64,000 nt of DNA from Bacteroidales bacterium UBA3696. GTDB taxonomy: Bacteria > Bacteroidota > Bacteroidia > Bacteroidales > Paludibacteraceae. This document shows, in pieces, positions 18,981 to 29,400 of this stretch. A program made the position numbers and the translations under genes. The notes below the pieces were generated by a model. The model was not told the DNA's origin, did no database searches, and worked only from the letters and a program-made list of their open reading frames with translations. The stretch covers positions 478 to 64,477 of the forward strand of contig DFIN01000001.1 in NCBI GenBank assembly GCA_002372135.1, read 5' to 3'. Each line of letters begins with the position of its first letter. Positions within the stretch are counted from its first letter, which is position 1.

Positions 18981-19991
18981 ATGTCTCTTTTGCATAAACT
19001 ATTCTGCTTGGAAATCGTTGCTGTCGCTCTTTGCGCGTGTGAGGAGATGTTTTACCACGAAGTGGATTTTCGCGTGGAAGGCGGTCAGCCTAAGTTGGTG
19101 CTTCTGGCTGAGAGCAGGGTAGGGAATATACCCGCTTATCAGGTTACTCATACCAAACTGCTGGATGAAAATACCGGCTCGCAACCGTATTATTTATTGA
19201 TGGATGCCGATGTGCGCTTTCGCCGTAACGGCGGTGAATGGATTCGGCTTTATACGCTGAATGATACGAGTATCTATTGCCTGACCGAAAACGGCGCATT
19301 GCCCCCCGCTATTGGTCCGTTGGATACCATCGAGTTGAAAGTGTCTCATCCCGATTATCCTTCGCTCTACGCAAGGCAAGTGATGCCCGATTATGCCTAT
19401 GCCACTCTCACGCAATACGAAAAGCAGGACAACAATTCGGTACTTCTAACCCTGCATATTGAACCCTATCGTGGCAATGCGGACGATATGATTGCCATTC
19501 GTTCGCAGATGTGGAATGTGTATTCCGTGGACTCCGTATTCGCCAAGGCGCAAAACATGCAAGCCGGTGCCTACTACGGCGCTGACGAAACGTACAGCCT
19601 CTTTTTTCCGGCGGCGTTGTTGTCTCGTTCGTTGGATATACAACTCTTTGCAGATGGAGGAAAGCCCTTTTATACAGAAACGGATACAATCTTCCTGACT
19701 CCGAGAAATCTGAGTCTGACCTGCTCGGTTCTTACTCGCGACGGGTACTTGAATGAACTTTTCCGGCGCACTTATACCCAAACCGAATTGGATGTGCCGA
19801 GTTGGGTACCTCGGCAGAGTGGCAACTGGATGCAAATCATCTTGGAAGGGGTTACCGAAACTTTAGGACAACAGGAATTGCTGTCCGTCTATACCAACGT
19901 TGAGGGCGGGTTAGGCTATCTGTTCGGATGGAGTTCAATGCCTGTCGGCTGTCCGAATACGTTGTACCATGTACCTTCACGCAGGATGTAA
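18981..19991 (+). CDS. DUF4249-like lipoprotein (receptor partner)
   Basis: Lipobox VALCAC. The position immediately after a CarboxypepD_reg-type TonB receptor is typical of DUF4249. C-terminal EGGLGYLFGW. Confidence 0.65.
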   Translation: MSLLHKLFCLEIVAVALCACEEMFYHEVDFRVEGGQPKLVLLAESRVGNIPAYQVTHTKLLDENTGSQPYYLLMDADVRFRRNGGEWIRLYTLNDTSIYCLTENGALPPAIGPLDTIELKVSHPDYPSLYARQVMPDYAYATLTQYEKQDNNSVLLTLHIEPYRGNADDMIAIRSQMWNVYSVDSVFAKAQNMQAGAYYGADETYSLFFPAALLSRSLDIQLFADGGKPFYTETDTIFLTPRNLSLTCSVLTRDGYLNELFRRTYTQTELDVPSWVPRQSGNWMQIILEGVTETLGQQELLSVYTNVEGGLGYLFGWSSMPVGCPNTLYHVPSRRM

Positions 19992-22900
19992 AGCATACCG
20001 TTTTCCATCACTTTACGTACTGACCGATCGTCGGTTGACACAGCCTCGTGATCGGTAGGCGTCTGCGGACGGAATACCAATCTGGCAGGCGTACCACGAC
20101 GAACACTCATATAGCCGGTCTTAGGCACTTGGAAGTAGGCACGGAAACCACGGAGCGGATTGGTCGTATTGGGCCATAACAAGGTGTTGCCATCGCTCAC
20201 AAAGAGGTTGTCATGGTCATAATAAGCCATCTGAACGCGGCATACGTTGCCCACAAACTGAATTCCATCACCTATCGATTGACCGGCATCCGTGGTAATG
20301 GTCACGTTGTTGAATACTAAGTCGGTTAGCACTTCGCCCGTATTGTCCCATTTAATCAGATAGGGTACACCTGCTTCGATGGCGGTAACGGGAGTCATAT
20401 AGATGTCCAACTGCTTGTCCCCCAACTTGACTGCGCCATCGTAGGCGAATAACTGACATCCTGCCAACGGAGAGACGGCTATCTCAGCCTCCGACATACT
20501 GAATGGCAGACACAGCGTATTGAAACTACCGTCCTTGTAGAGCGTGCGCTCTATATGAAGGTTCGGCACGGTCACATTCAGCAGCGGAGTGAAGAACTCA
20601 GTAATCTGCATACTGGTCTCGCTGATGGTGAGCGTACTCTTAGAGCCGGTGGCTGTTCCGCCGTCGGTGTCCAAACGCTTGGCGCGAGGTGCTATGCGGA
20701 TATAAGCAGGGCGGACGGGAGCACCTGCGGGAGAAACCACCATGGCAGACGACACATGGAGGGTCAGTTGCTCACCAGCCTTTTTGCCTTCTAATAATAT
20801 ACCGCGAAAAGGAGGCAGCAGTATAGGCTCGGCATCGGTGGTTACATCGTGGTTAAAACTCGTCTCTGTCCATTTGGACGGAGCGGTAGCCGTTCCGTCA
20901 GGCTCGTAGTAGTACTTGCCTGTGAGTTGATCCGTATTGTCCGCCACCAAGCGGGCTATGTCTATGTAGCCGAAAGTGGGATTGCCAAATAGATAGACAC
21001 CCTCATACTGCTCGTTGAGCGTGAAGGTCGTGTTGCCCGTGAATGCCGGTTTGCCGTAGTCTTCGTCGCGAACGATGAACTCGCTTTCATCCAACCATTG
21101 GGCTGCCAAGCCGTCGTAGTAGTTATACATGTTGTCCACCTGGCAAACGAATCACGGGGGCAGGCGAACCGGCGGCACAATCTATTCCAATCATGCTGGC
21201 ATCACCCGGATGCATGGGACGGGTCAGCGTATTGGTGGCGCGAAGCCACAAGTCATTGGCAGCGTCGTATTCGGAGTTATACACCTCATAGGTATAGCGG
21301 TCGTCAGCATCAGTGCCAGCAATCTGGCGAATAGTCGCCACGGTGAACGGGTCGCTGCCCTCCCACTGCGAGGCAAACACATCGCCGCTGACTATCCCCT
21401 TCAAGGGAACGGATGCCAGAGTCCAACGCTCTGCATTTAGCGGCATATCCACAAAGGCCTGTCCATTGATATTCACCTGTTCTTGCCCTGCCATAGACGC
21501 TCCTGCGGGCAGGTATAGGTGGTGGCACTTGTTCTTAGTATAGTTGAAGTCATACGACTCAACAGCATCGTTCACAAACGTAACCGCATAGTCCTTAGGA
21601 AGCATCACCACATCGGTTTCTTCCATAGGAATAAACGAACTCCAGTTGGCATCTTGATTCCATTCGCCCCCCAACCATGTTACCACATCGGGGACGATGC
21701 GCAAAGTGAAATAGGTATAACCTCTATCGCACTTATCGTCTGCGCTTTCGCCGATGAAAGCGATGTGGAAAGTATAGTCGTATCCGGCAGCCAGGGAGGC
21801 GAGTCTCGCGCCGGAGAGAGTGATGGTATCCACTACATCGATGATTGCCTTGTTAGAGTTCAAGCGTATGGAACGCCATCTCGGGCAGGTAGAGGAAACG
21901 ATATAGATACTGTCCACTTCGTAGTGTTCGCCCGGATCGCCTTTGAGATAAAGGGGCAGGTCGAACGAGCCTCTGCGTTTCTGCGCGTCCGATATACGGA
22001 CGATACGCGGGCGACCGGCTACCACTTCGGGCAGCACTTCTGTTTTGTTGCCGACCGCCATCATATTAGACATCGGTACAGCGGGTTTGATATGCAGGAA
22101 TCGCGGCGAGGTACAAACCTGCTTGCTGCCTGCCGAGCCTGCCAAGGGGAAGGCGGTATAACTGAGTGAGACGGCGGCTTGCATACTGATGGACGCAGTG
22201 TCCAAAGTCAATAGCCCCTGACGAACAAGCGAATTGACGCTCTCAATGGCTGAGGGCACATTGTCGCGGTAGAAAATAAGCAGTCGCTGAATCTCGTCGA
22301 AGGTATGGTGATAGACTTCGGGGTGTTCGTTCACATAGACCGAGTCGCCAATCAGCCAGTCGGCACGGCAGTGGGTGGTGTCTATCTTCAAAGGATCATA
22401 CGGGTCAGTCTCATCACGGATGATCTGCGTTAGCACGATGTTGAGTGTATAGGAACGGTGTCCGCAGACGCTGACTACTGAGTCGCCAAGAGTGATGTCG
22501 TCGTTGATGGTGATGCGCGTACCGCCTGCCACCAGCATGTCGGAAAAGGTGCCGCACCCTTCCCGCTTGCCGAGTTCATCGTGCTGCTGCGATACGAAGC
22601 CGGTATAAGCGTAGTTAGTACGCACTTCCATCGGTTGGGCAATGTAGATGACGTAGCGTTCGGTAGTGGCATCAACCCGCTCTTTGACATAGCGATACAG
22701 AGGCACTTTTGTTTCGCGGTATGCGGCATCAAAAGCCAAAAGAGATGCACTTGTCAGCCCGCTTGCCTCAATCGCTTCGTCGGTGGTGAGAATGGGTACG
22801 CAACCGAACACGGTGGAAGCACTATCCTTGTTGAAGTATTTTGACCTGATGATATTTTCACCCTCGCGCCACTGGTAGAATAGTGGTTGCCCTTCGTGTT

Positions 22901-24728
22901 CGATGGCTTGATAGTCCACGCGCAGATAGGCACGTATGGTATCGCGGGCTTTGTCAATACAGTCGGATGTCGAAGCCTGCAAGGGCATAACCGGCGGCTT
23001 CTGCACATAGATACGTATGTCGTCAAGTGCAAAGTCATTGCCTTGCGAAGAACGCGCCTTGTTCACAATCTTCAAGCGATAGGTATGGTAGTCATTGGTC
23101 TTGTCTATTTCAACAGGAAAGATTACCTGAAACCACTCTCCTGTTTTCATTATCTTTCCTCTCTGACCGGTACTATTTTTCACATTAAAACCAAACTCAC
23201 CGGTGGTAAATCGCGTGAGACGATGCTCCACACCTTCATCATCAATACCGATAACAATAAAATCCATATTCGGTGCAGAACCATCGTTTGAAGAACCTGA
23301 CAAATCAACTAACCATGCAGAGAAGTACATTTTTGACCCAGGGCATAGGTCGGTATTTACTTTTAGGCTGAAAACCTCACCCGGGATCTCCGATCCATCG
23401 CAATAAAGCATATAACCTGACTTTGCGTTGTTCTCATCGGTTTCAGCGGCCAAATCATTGTGATTATACACCCATTTGGATGTATTTGCCCAAGATGTGC
23501 GTTGGTTACAAATGCCGTATTCACCCCAATAGACATCATGCGGGTTATATGCTCTGTAAGTTTTATCATTCTTGTCTTTTGTAGAAAACTCTTTGAAATA
23601 ATAGCCGTAAGTGGATTCTTCTGGGTGTAAATGACCTGCCCACCAACTTATAACTTTGCTTTCAAATTCAGGCTTATCAAAGTTGAAGGTCTGTTCATAG
23701 AGCAGTTCCATTCCGGCAAATGTATTGTCTGTAAGGTTTGCAAGCGGACCAACCTTGTTTACATCCATATACGTTACAACAAACTGGGCTATATTGTATA
23801 TCATTGTGCCGGTATTATATTGAAGCGTATAAGTGCGTACCCCCTCAACATCACTTTTTACACCTATGTACTGCCCCGAAGCAAATAGTTCAACATTAGA
23901 CAAAGTAACAGCACTCGCACCATTATCAGACCATTGCCATTTCGACCAATCACACATCTGAACAGGGGAGTTTTTGTCATAGTAGTAACTGCTGCGTGTA
24001 GCAAACCTGTACGATTGGTTATAATTGTAGATAGTGGAATCCACTATGGCGAACTCGGGTCCGAGATATAGCTGCCTTCCTGTAGGAGCAATGATGTGGT
24101 ACGTTTCCAAATAATTTTCCGTACAGGTGTCCACACGAGCAGCAATTTCTGATGCAGGATGGAATTCATATATTAAACGATTTGACAATGTCGGTTCTAC
24201 ATAAATGATATCGTTCACATAATCTTTATAGACTGACTGGTCACATGCAAGACGGAAAACACTGTCCTGCATAGTGTATGTAACTTCCCAAAAATAAGAA
24301 GATCCGCCCTCAAACCGATAATATCCGGCAGCAGTAGAATACCTAAACCCGTATGTACTGGTATTATACTCATGGGTTGTAGTATTATAAATAGGAGCCT
24401 TTCCAACCACTTCCGTTTCTTCATAACTCAATCTGTCCGTATCATAGTTGTATCAACGTATCCAACTCTGATAGGTTCGAAAATTCGGGCGATACAGACG
24501 AATCACTTCCCCCGGCGCGGCATAAACTATACTCGTCTTGGTATGTGTTGCCTGCATGCCGTTTTCCATCAACCCGTGCGGACCGGCTTTATGCTGAAAA
24601 CTCGCTTGCGCCTGTGCCATCAAAGGGCAAAACGCAAAGACCAGCACACATACAGCCCACCGCGTCAGCCACAGCCCGATACGCGTATTATTTCCTGTGT
24701 TCACTCCTTTCATACTCCTCAAATGCAT
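19916..24728 (-). pseudogene. large (about 1600 aa) surface protein interrupted by an in-frame TGA and a 1-nt frameshift
   Basis: Track ORFs 24453-24728 (signal peptide IGLWLTRWAVCVLVFAFCPLMAQA), 21123-24431 (1102 aa, GNDFALDDIRIY lectin/MAM-like motif) and 19916-21139 (407 aa, no signal peptide, C-terminal tail). The first two share one frame, separated by TGA at 24453-24455. Confidence 0.6.
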
Positions 24729-24890
24729 GGGATTATAATAAACGATTTGTTTTTAGCGAAAAAAACGCCGCGACAGTACGGCATAACCGACAATTGCACA
24801 AACAAAAACGTCTGTTTGATAACTTTTTTATTTTCAATCCCTACGAAAGTATTACTTTTGCCACCGCAATTCCATAATGCGTCGGATATT

Positions 24891-25952
24891 TTGAAAACGG
24901 AGTACACCATACGAATTAATAGCCATATTGACCGCTTGCAGTGGACGCAATTAGTCCAGACTTCCCCTACCGGATCGTGGTTTCAGACCCCCGATGCGTA
25001 TGACTTCTTTGCATCTCTTCCGCACCTATTCCTGCCGTTTGCCGTGGCTCTGTATGCGTGTTCCGAGAACCAAAAAGACACGTTGCGCGCCGTGTGTGTC
25101 GGCTTTGTAACAATGGACAGAAACAGCCTTATGCAATTCTTCACGCGCCGTGCTATCATCAACGGCGGACCGGCTCTGGCGAGCGACTGTACCGACGAAG
25201 AAGTGGTTCTCCTCATGCAGGCCGTTCGTAATCACTTTTCCCCTTCTGCATTTAGCAGCTCTTTAGCCCGTTCTCCTATTTATATCGAAACACGCAATTT
25301 TAACGACTTTGGTCGCTGGAAAACGGCATTTGAAAAAGCGGCGTTTCAATATATGCCTCATCTCAACTTCCATGTGGACTGTTCCGACAGCGATACAGTA
25401 TGGAATAACTTGAGTGAGAACAGAAGAAGACAAATTCGGAAAGCGCAGAAAAACGGCGTGCAGATCGTGGAACCCCACAGCGAACAGGAAATTGCCGACT
25501 GGTATCATATCCTACACGACTTGTATCGCACCAAAGTAAAAACACCATTATTCCCTGTGGAATTTTTCCATCAGTTCTATCGGCTGCAGGTAGGGCGATT
25601 CTTGTTTGTCAAATACGAAGGGAATGTAGTAGGCGGGATTATGTGCCCCATTTGGGAGGATAAATGTATTTACGAGTGGTACGTCTGCGGTAATGAAGCC
25701 GCTTATCGCCACCTAAACCCTTCGGTTATGGCTACCTATGCCGCTATGCAATATGGCAGTTCGCATGACTTACGGCGTTTTGACCTGATGGGAGCAGGCA
25801 AGCCCGATGAGCCGTATGGCGTGCGCGATTTTAAGTCCGAGTTCGGAGGCCAATTGGTGGAGCAGGGACGCTTCTTGTACATCTCTCACCCCCTGCTATA
25901 CAAAATTGGCACCCTCGGAGTGAAACTATTGAAGAAAAAGAAAATTTTTTAA
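24891..25952 (+). CDS. FemAB-family / GNAT-fold aminoacyl-transferase-like protein
   Basis: C-terminal 350 aa of track ORF 24372-25952 (RRRQIRKAQKNGVQIV, FLFVKYEGNVVGGIM, FDLMGAGKPDEPYGVRDFKSEFGG). Start placed at in-frame TTG 24891, 31 nt after TACTTTTG (24853-24860). The start is uncertain; the first ATG codes MDRNSLMQ. Confidence 0.65.
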   Translation: MKTEYTIRINSHIDRLQWTQLVQTSPTGSWFQTPDAYDFFASLPHLFLPFAVALYACSENQKDTLRAVCVGFVTMDRNSLMQFFTRRAIINGGPALASDCTDEEVVLLMQAVRNHFSPSAFSSSLARSPIYIETRNFNDFGRWKTAFEKAAFQYMPHLNFHVDCSDSDTVWNNLSENRRRQIRKAQKNGVQIVEPHSEQEIADWYHILHDLYRTKVKTPLFPVEFFHQFYRLQVGRFLFVKYEGNVVGGIMCPIWEDKCIYEWYVCGNEAAYRHLNPSVMATYAAMQYGSSHDLRRFDLMGAGKPDEPYGVRDFKSEFGGQLVEQGRFLYISHPLLYKIGTLGVKLLKKKKIF

Positions 25953-25982
25953 GCAATATAATCCTGTTATCAAAATACTTAC

Positions 25983-25990
25983 TACCTTTG
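25983..25990 (+). promoter_or_regulatory. TAnnTTTG -7 box upstream of hipB-like gene
   Basis: TACCTTTG, 75 nt upstream of ATG 26065, in an AT-rich spacer. Confidence 0.35.
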
Positions 25991-26064
25991 CGGCGAAATA
26001 AATATAATTGTAATATGTTTTAAACCTTAAAAATGGACTTAAAATAAAGTATAATTAGTATTAA

Positions 26065-26376
26065 ATGACGGACATTTATAATTATTCGACCACAGAAATA
26101 GTCCGCATGTTAGGGCAACGGGTACGTAAGTATCGTATCCTATCAGGACTTACTCAAAAAGAATTGGCTCAAAGGGCTGATGTGTCCGTTCCTACTTTGC
26201 AGGCTTTTGAGAAAGGACAAAACAAGGACATCTCTTTCTCAACACTATTGCGTTTACTGAGAGGATTGGGACAATTGGATAGGGTGGAGGATATATTATC
26301 TGATTTATGGGAATCACCCTATATGTTACGGAGCGATGGAGAGCAGGTAAAAAGAGTTAGACATAGTAAATCATGA
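26065..26376 (+). CDS. hipB: XRE-family HTH antitoxin (HipB-like)
   Basis: HTH core LTQKELAQRADVSVPTLQAFEKG. ATGA overlap with the downstream HipA-like gene. Confidence 0.8.
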   Translation: MTDIYNYSTTEIVRMLGQRVRKYRILSGLTQKELAQRADVSVPTLQAFEKGQNKDISFSTLLRLLRGLGQLDRVEDILSDLWESPYMLRSDGEQVKRVRHSKS

Positions 26377-27860
26377 GGCAATTTCTGCATATATATCTTT
26401 GGGGCAAGGAGATAGGGCAACTTGAATGGAAAGCGCGAGCCGGTCGGTCTGTTTTTGCGTATAATCCTACTTATCTGTCCGAAGTAGGTATTTCGCCGGC
26501 TCCCCTGATGGCTCCAATTCGTAAAGATGCTCTGTTTCGATCCTTTGTTAGCGAGGATGAACGTATATATCATCGCTTGCCGTCTTTCTTAGCCGATTCG
26601 TTACCCGATGACTGGGGAAATGCGTTGTTTGAGCAATGGAGAATGGAACAGCATTTATCCTCTGCGAACGTAACACCACTTGACAAACTGACTTTCATCG
26701 GTCAGCGAGGAATGGGTGCATTCGAATTTGTGCCGGATGCGCAGTTGGCTCCCCAAGCGGACGAGGTAAATATAGCAGCCTTAGCCCATTTGGCGCAACG
26801 TATATTCTTGGAACGCGAAAAAGTGGTGATTGACCCGTCTGAAACTTTGACGAAGAAATTACTTCTGGCAGTAGGTACTTCGGCAGGTGGACGACAACCC
26901 AAAGCGATTATTGCAATCAATCGGGAAACAGGTGAAATACGTTCCGGACAGATTGCAGGGCTTGACGGGTATGATTACTACATCCTTAAGTTCGGCGATA
27001 AAGACCGATCTTCTGCCGAACTGGAACAAACCTATTATCAGATGGCAATCAATGCAGGAATTGATATGATGCCTTGCCGATTGTTGGAAGCTGATGGAGA
27101 AAAACATTTCTTGACACAGCGTTTTGACCGACCGAACGGAGAAAAACTGCACATGCAAACGCTGGCTGCTATGGATCCCGATGCCAATAGTTATGAACAA
27201 CTGCTGCTGGTTTGCCGCAAACTGCAATTGCAGGAATCCGATACGGCTGAGGTATTCCGCCGTATGGTGTTCAATTACTTGGCGAACAATACCGATGACC
27301 ACCACAAAAACTTTTCGTTCCTCATGAATAAGAAAGGCGAATGGGCATTGGCTCCCGCCTATGATATGACCTATATATTCAACCGTGGTTACCAGCCGGA
27401 TACAGATCATTGTCTTTTGATGCGCGGTAAATATTCTTTGTGGACTAAAGACGATGTGCTGCAATTTGCTATTGATAATGGAATTGCCAACTACGAGAAA
27501 ATCATCCGTAAGGTGGCCGATGCGCTGATGCAGTTCCGTGAGTTAGCCGAAAAAAACGGCGTTAGGCAGGAATGGATAGGGCGCATTGAAAGTACGATTC
27601 AAACTCATTTGCGCGAGTGGGGATTCATTATTGAACATGTGGAAGACGAATGGACTACTCCGGCTGGCACGCATATATCCAAAGTCTATCTTGAGCAGGC
27701 ATACAAAGGGAACTACCATCTGTTCGCAACCGTGGACGGAAAACAAAAAAAATACATCATCCGCAAATCCACACCCGATTATGAACTAATTGAGCAAACC
27801 GGTCTCCATCACCTCAATAGCGAACAACTAAAGGAATTAGTGGAGAGTTGTATTTTATAA
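26373..27860 (+). CDS. hipA: HipA-family serine/threonine kinase toxin with C-terminal extension
   Basis: HipA N-terminal coupling domain. P-loop-like VGTSAGGRQPKA, catalytic NNTDDHHKNFSF, APAYDM. 495 aa, i.e. about 80 aa beyond the usual kinase core. Confidence 0.85.
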   Translation: MRQFLHIYLWGKEIGQLEWKARAGRSVFAYNPTYLSEVGISPAPLMAPIRKDALFRSFVSEDERIYHRLPSFLADSLPDDWGNALFEQWRMEQHLSSANVTPLDKLTFIGQRGMGAFEFVPDAQLAPQADEVNIAALAHLAQRIFLEREKVVIDPSETLTKKLLLAVGTSAGGRQPKAIIAINRETGEIRSGQIAGLDGYDYYILKFGDKDRSSAELEQTYYQMAINAGIDMMPCRLLEADGEKHFLTQRFDRPNGEKLHMQTLAAMDPDANSYEQLLLVCRKLQLQESDTAEVFRRMVFNYLANNTDDHHKNFSFLMNKKGEWALAPAYDMTYIFNRGYQPDTDHCLLMRGKYSLWTKDDVLQFAIDNGIANYEKIIRKVADALMQFRELAEKNGVRQEWIGRIESTIQTHLREWGFIIEHVEDEWTTPAGTHISKVYLEQAYKGNYHLFATVDGKQKKYIIRKSTPDYELIEQTGLHHLNSEQLKELVESCIL

Positions 27861-27891
27861 TAATGTAAGTAGAGAAAGAAAATTATTAAGT

Positions 27892-29400
27892 ATGCAAAAA
27901 TCAGTTGTAGAATATTTAACGAAAACAGTCGCTGCTTTTCCTAATAAAATTGCTGTTCATGATGAGAAAGAGGAAATCGCTTTCTCACAATTGTGGCAGA
28001 ATGCCACGAGCATAGCTAATGCTCTGCAAAACAGAGTAACTCCTCGCCAGCCCATCGGAGTGTATATCCCGAAAGGTTGCAAAATGGTGACCTCTTTTGC
28101 TGCAATCAATATGGCTGCAGATTTCTATGTGCCTTTGGATACCAAATCGCCCGCTCAACGCATAGCATCCATCTTAACCACTCTTGGAGCCAAAGTGGTG
28201 ATAACTGATGTGGCTCATAAAGAGGCATTGTCTGCGTTCTATCAAGGAGAGATATTGGTTTATGAGGAATGTATAAGTTCTGTTAATGAATCACAATTCT
28301 TGCGTTATGAGAGAGAGCAGATAGATACGGATCCTATTTATTCTATCTTTACATCCGGTAGCACCGGAGTTCCAAAAGGTGTTGTGGTCTCTCATCGCGG
28401 AGTAATAGATTATATCGATTGGGCTGTAGATACGTTTAAGATTGACTCCACGGCCGTTATTGGTAATCAGGCACCATTCTATTTCGATAACTCTACATTA
28501 GACATCTATTTGATGTATGCAACCGGTGCTACGCTGAATGTTATCCCCGAAATCAACTTTGCTTTCCCCGCCAAACTCATTGACTATCTCAACGATCAAA
28601 AGATAACCTTTGTATTCTGGGTGCCGTTTGTGTTAGTGAATGTGGCTAACATGGATATTTTGGCTTCAAAGAAGCCGCAATATCTGCGTGATATCTTTTT
28701 TGCCGGAGAAGTGATGCCGAATAAGCATCTAAACTATTGGCGTAAGCATCTGCCTAATTGCCGATATGCAAATCTTTATGGGCCTACAGAGATTACAGTG
28801 GATTGCACTTATTATCTTGTTGATAGAGAGTTCTCTGATGACGAACCATTGCCGATTGGCATTCCCTGCCGCAATAGCGATGTGCTGATACTGGTTGATA
28901 GAAAACGGTTCGCGCAACAAGGAGAGCAAGGAGAATTATGCGTTCGTGGAACCTCATTGGCTTTAGGCTATTACAATAATCCGAAGAAAACGGCAGAGGC
29001 GTTCATTCAAAACCCGCTTAATACACACTATCCTGAGACCATCTATTGTACAGGCGATGTGGTATATGAGAATGAACGAGGTGAGATGATGTATGTCGGA
29101 CGCATCGACTCGCAAATCAAGCACAATGGCTATCGCATCGAATTAGGAGAGATAGAGACTGCTATATTGGGAAGCAATTTAGTGGACAACTGTTGCGTAT
29201 TATACAACAATAAGGAGAAACAAATCGTGCTCGTATATCAGGCTGAACAAGAATTGAATATAGCAGCATTGCGCAAAGCAATTGGAGAAAAAATCCCTAA
29301 ATATATGCTTCCGACAGCATACCACCGAGAATATGTTCTCAAACAAAACAATAGTGGCAAGATAGATAGAGCACATTATAATAGGTATATAAATGGATAA
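27892..29400 (+). CDS. stand-alone amino-acid adenylation enzyme (DltA-like)
   Basis: A-domain core motifs FTSGSTGVPKGV, YGPTE, TGD, GRIDSQIKHNGYRIELGEIE, NSGKIDR. 502 aa, no condensation or thiolation domain. Confidence 0.85.
   Translation: MQKSVVEYLTKTVAAFPNKIAVHDEKEEIAFSQLWQNATSIANALQNRVTPRQPIGVYIPKGCKMVTSFAAINMAADFYVPLDTKSPAQRIASILTTLGAKVVITDVAHKEALSAFYQGEILVYEECISSVNESQFLRYEREQIDTDPIYSIFTSGSTGVPKGVVVSHRGVIDYIDWAVDTFKIDSTAVIGNQAPFYFDNSTLDIYLMYATGATLNVIPEINFAFPAKLIDYLNDQKITFVFWVPFVLVNVANMDILASKKPQYLRDIFFAGEVMPNKHLNYWRKHLPNCRYANLYGPTEITVDCTYYLVDREFSDDEPLPIGIPCRNSDVLILVDRKRFAQQGEQGELCVRGTSLALGYYNNPKKTAEAFIQNPLNTHYPETIYCTGDVVYENERGEMMYVGRIDSQIKHNGYRIELGEIETAILGSNLVDNCCVLYNNKEKQIVLVYQAEQELNIAALRKAIGEKIPKYMLPTAYHREYVLKQNNSGKIDRAHYNRYING

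Noticed and set aside
24453-24455. In-frame TGA read as selenocysteine or recoded Trp/Gly.
   Set aside because: No cysteine-type redox context and no obvious SECIS-like hairpin immediately downstream. All other genes in the window use TGA as a normal stop. A nonsense mutation is the simpler reading.
24372-24890. N-terminal 170 codons of the 526-aa track ORF.
   Set aside because: This part has no FemAB similarity. It overlaps the divergent gene's signal-peptide region and promoter spacer. A promoter box at 24853-24860 lies inside it, so the start was moved to 24891.
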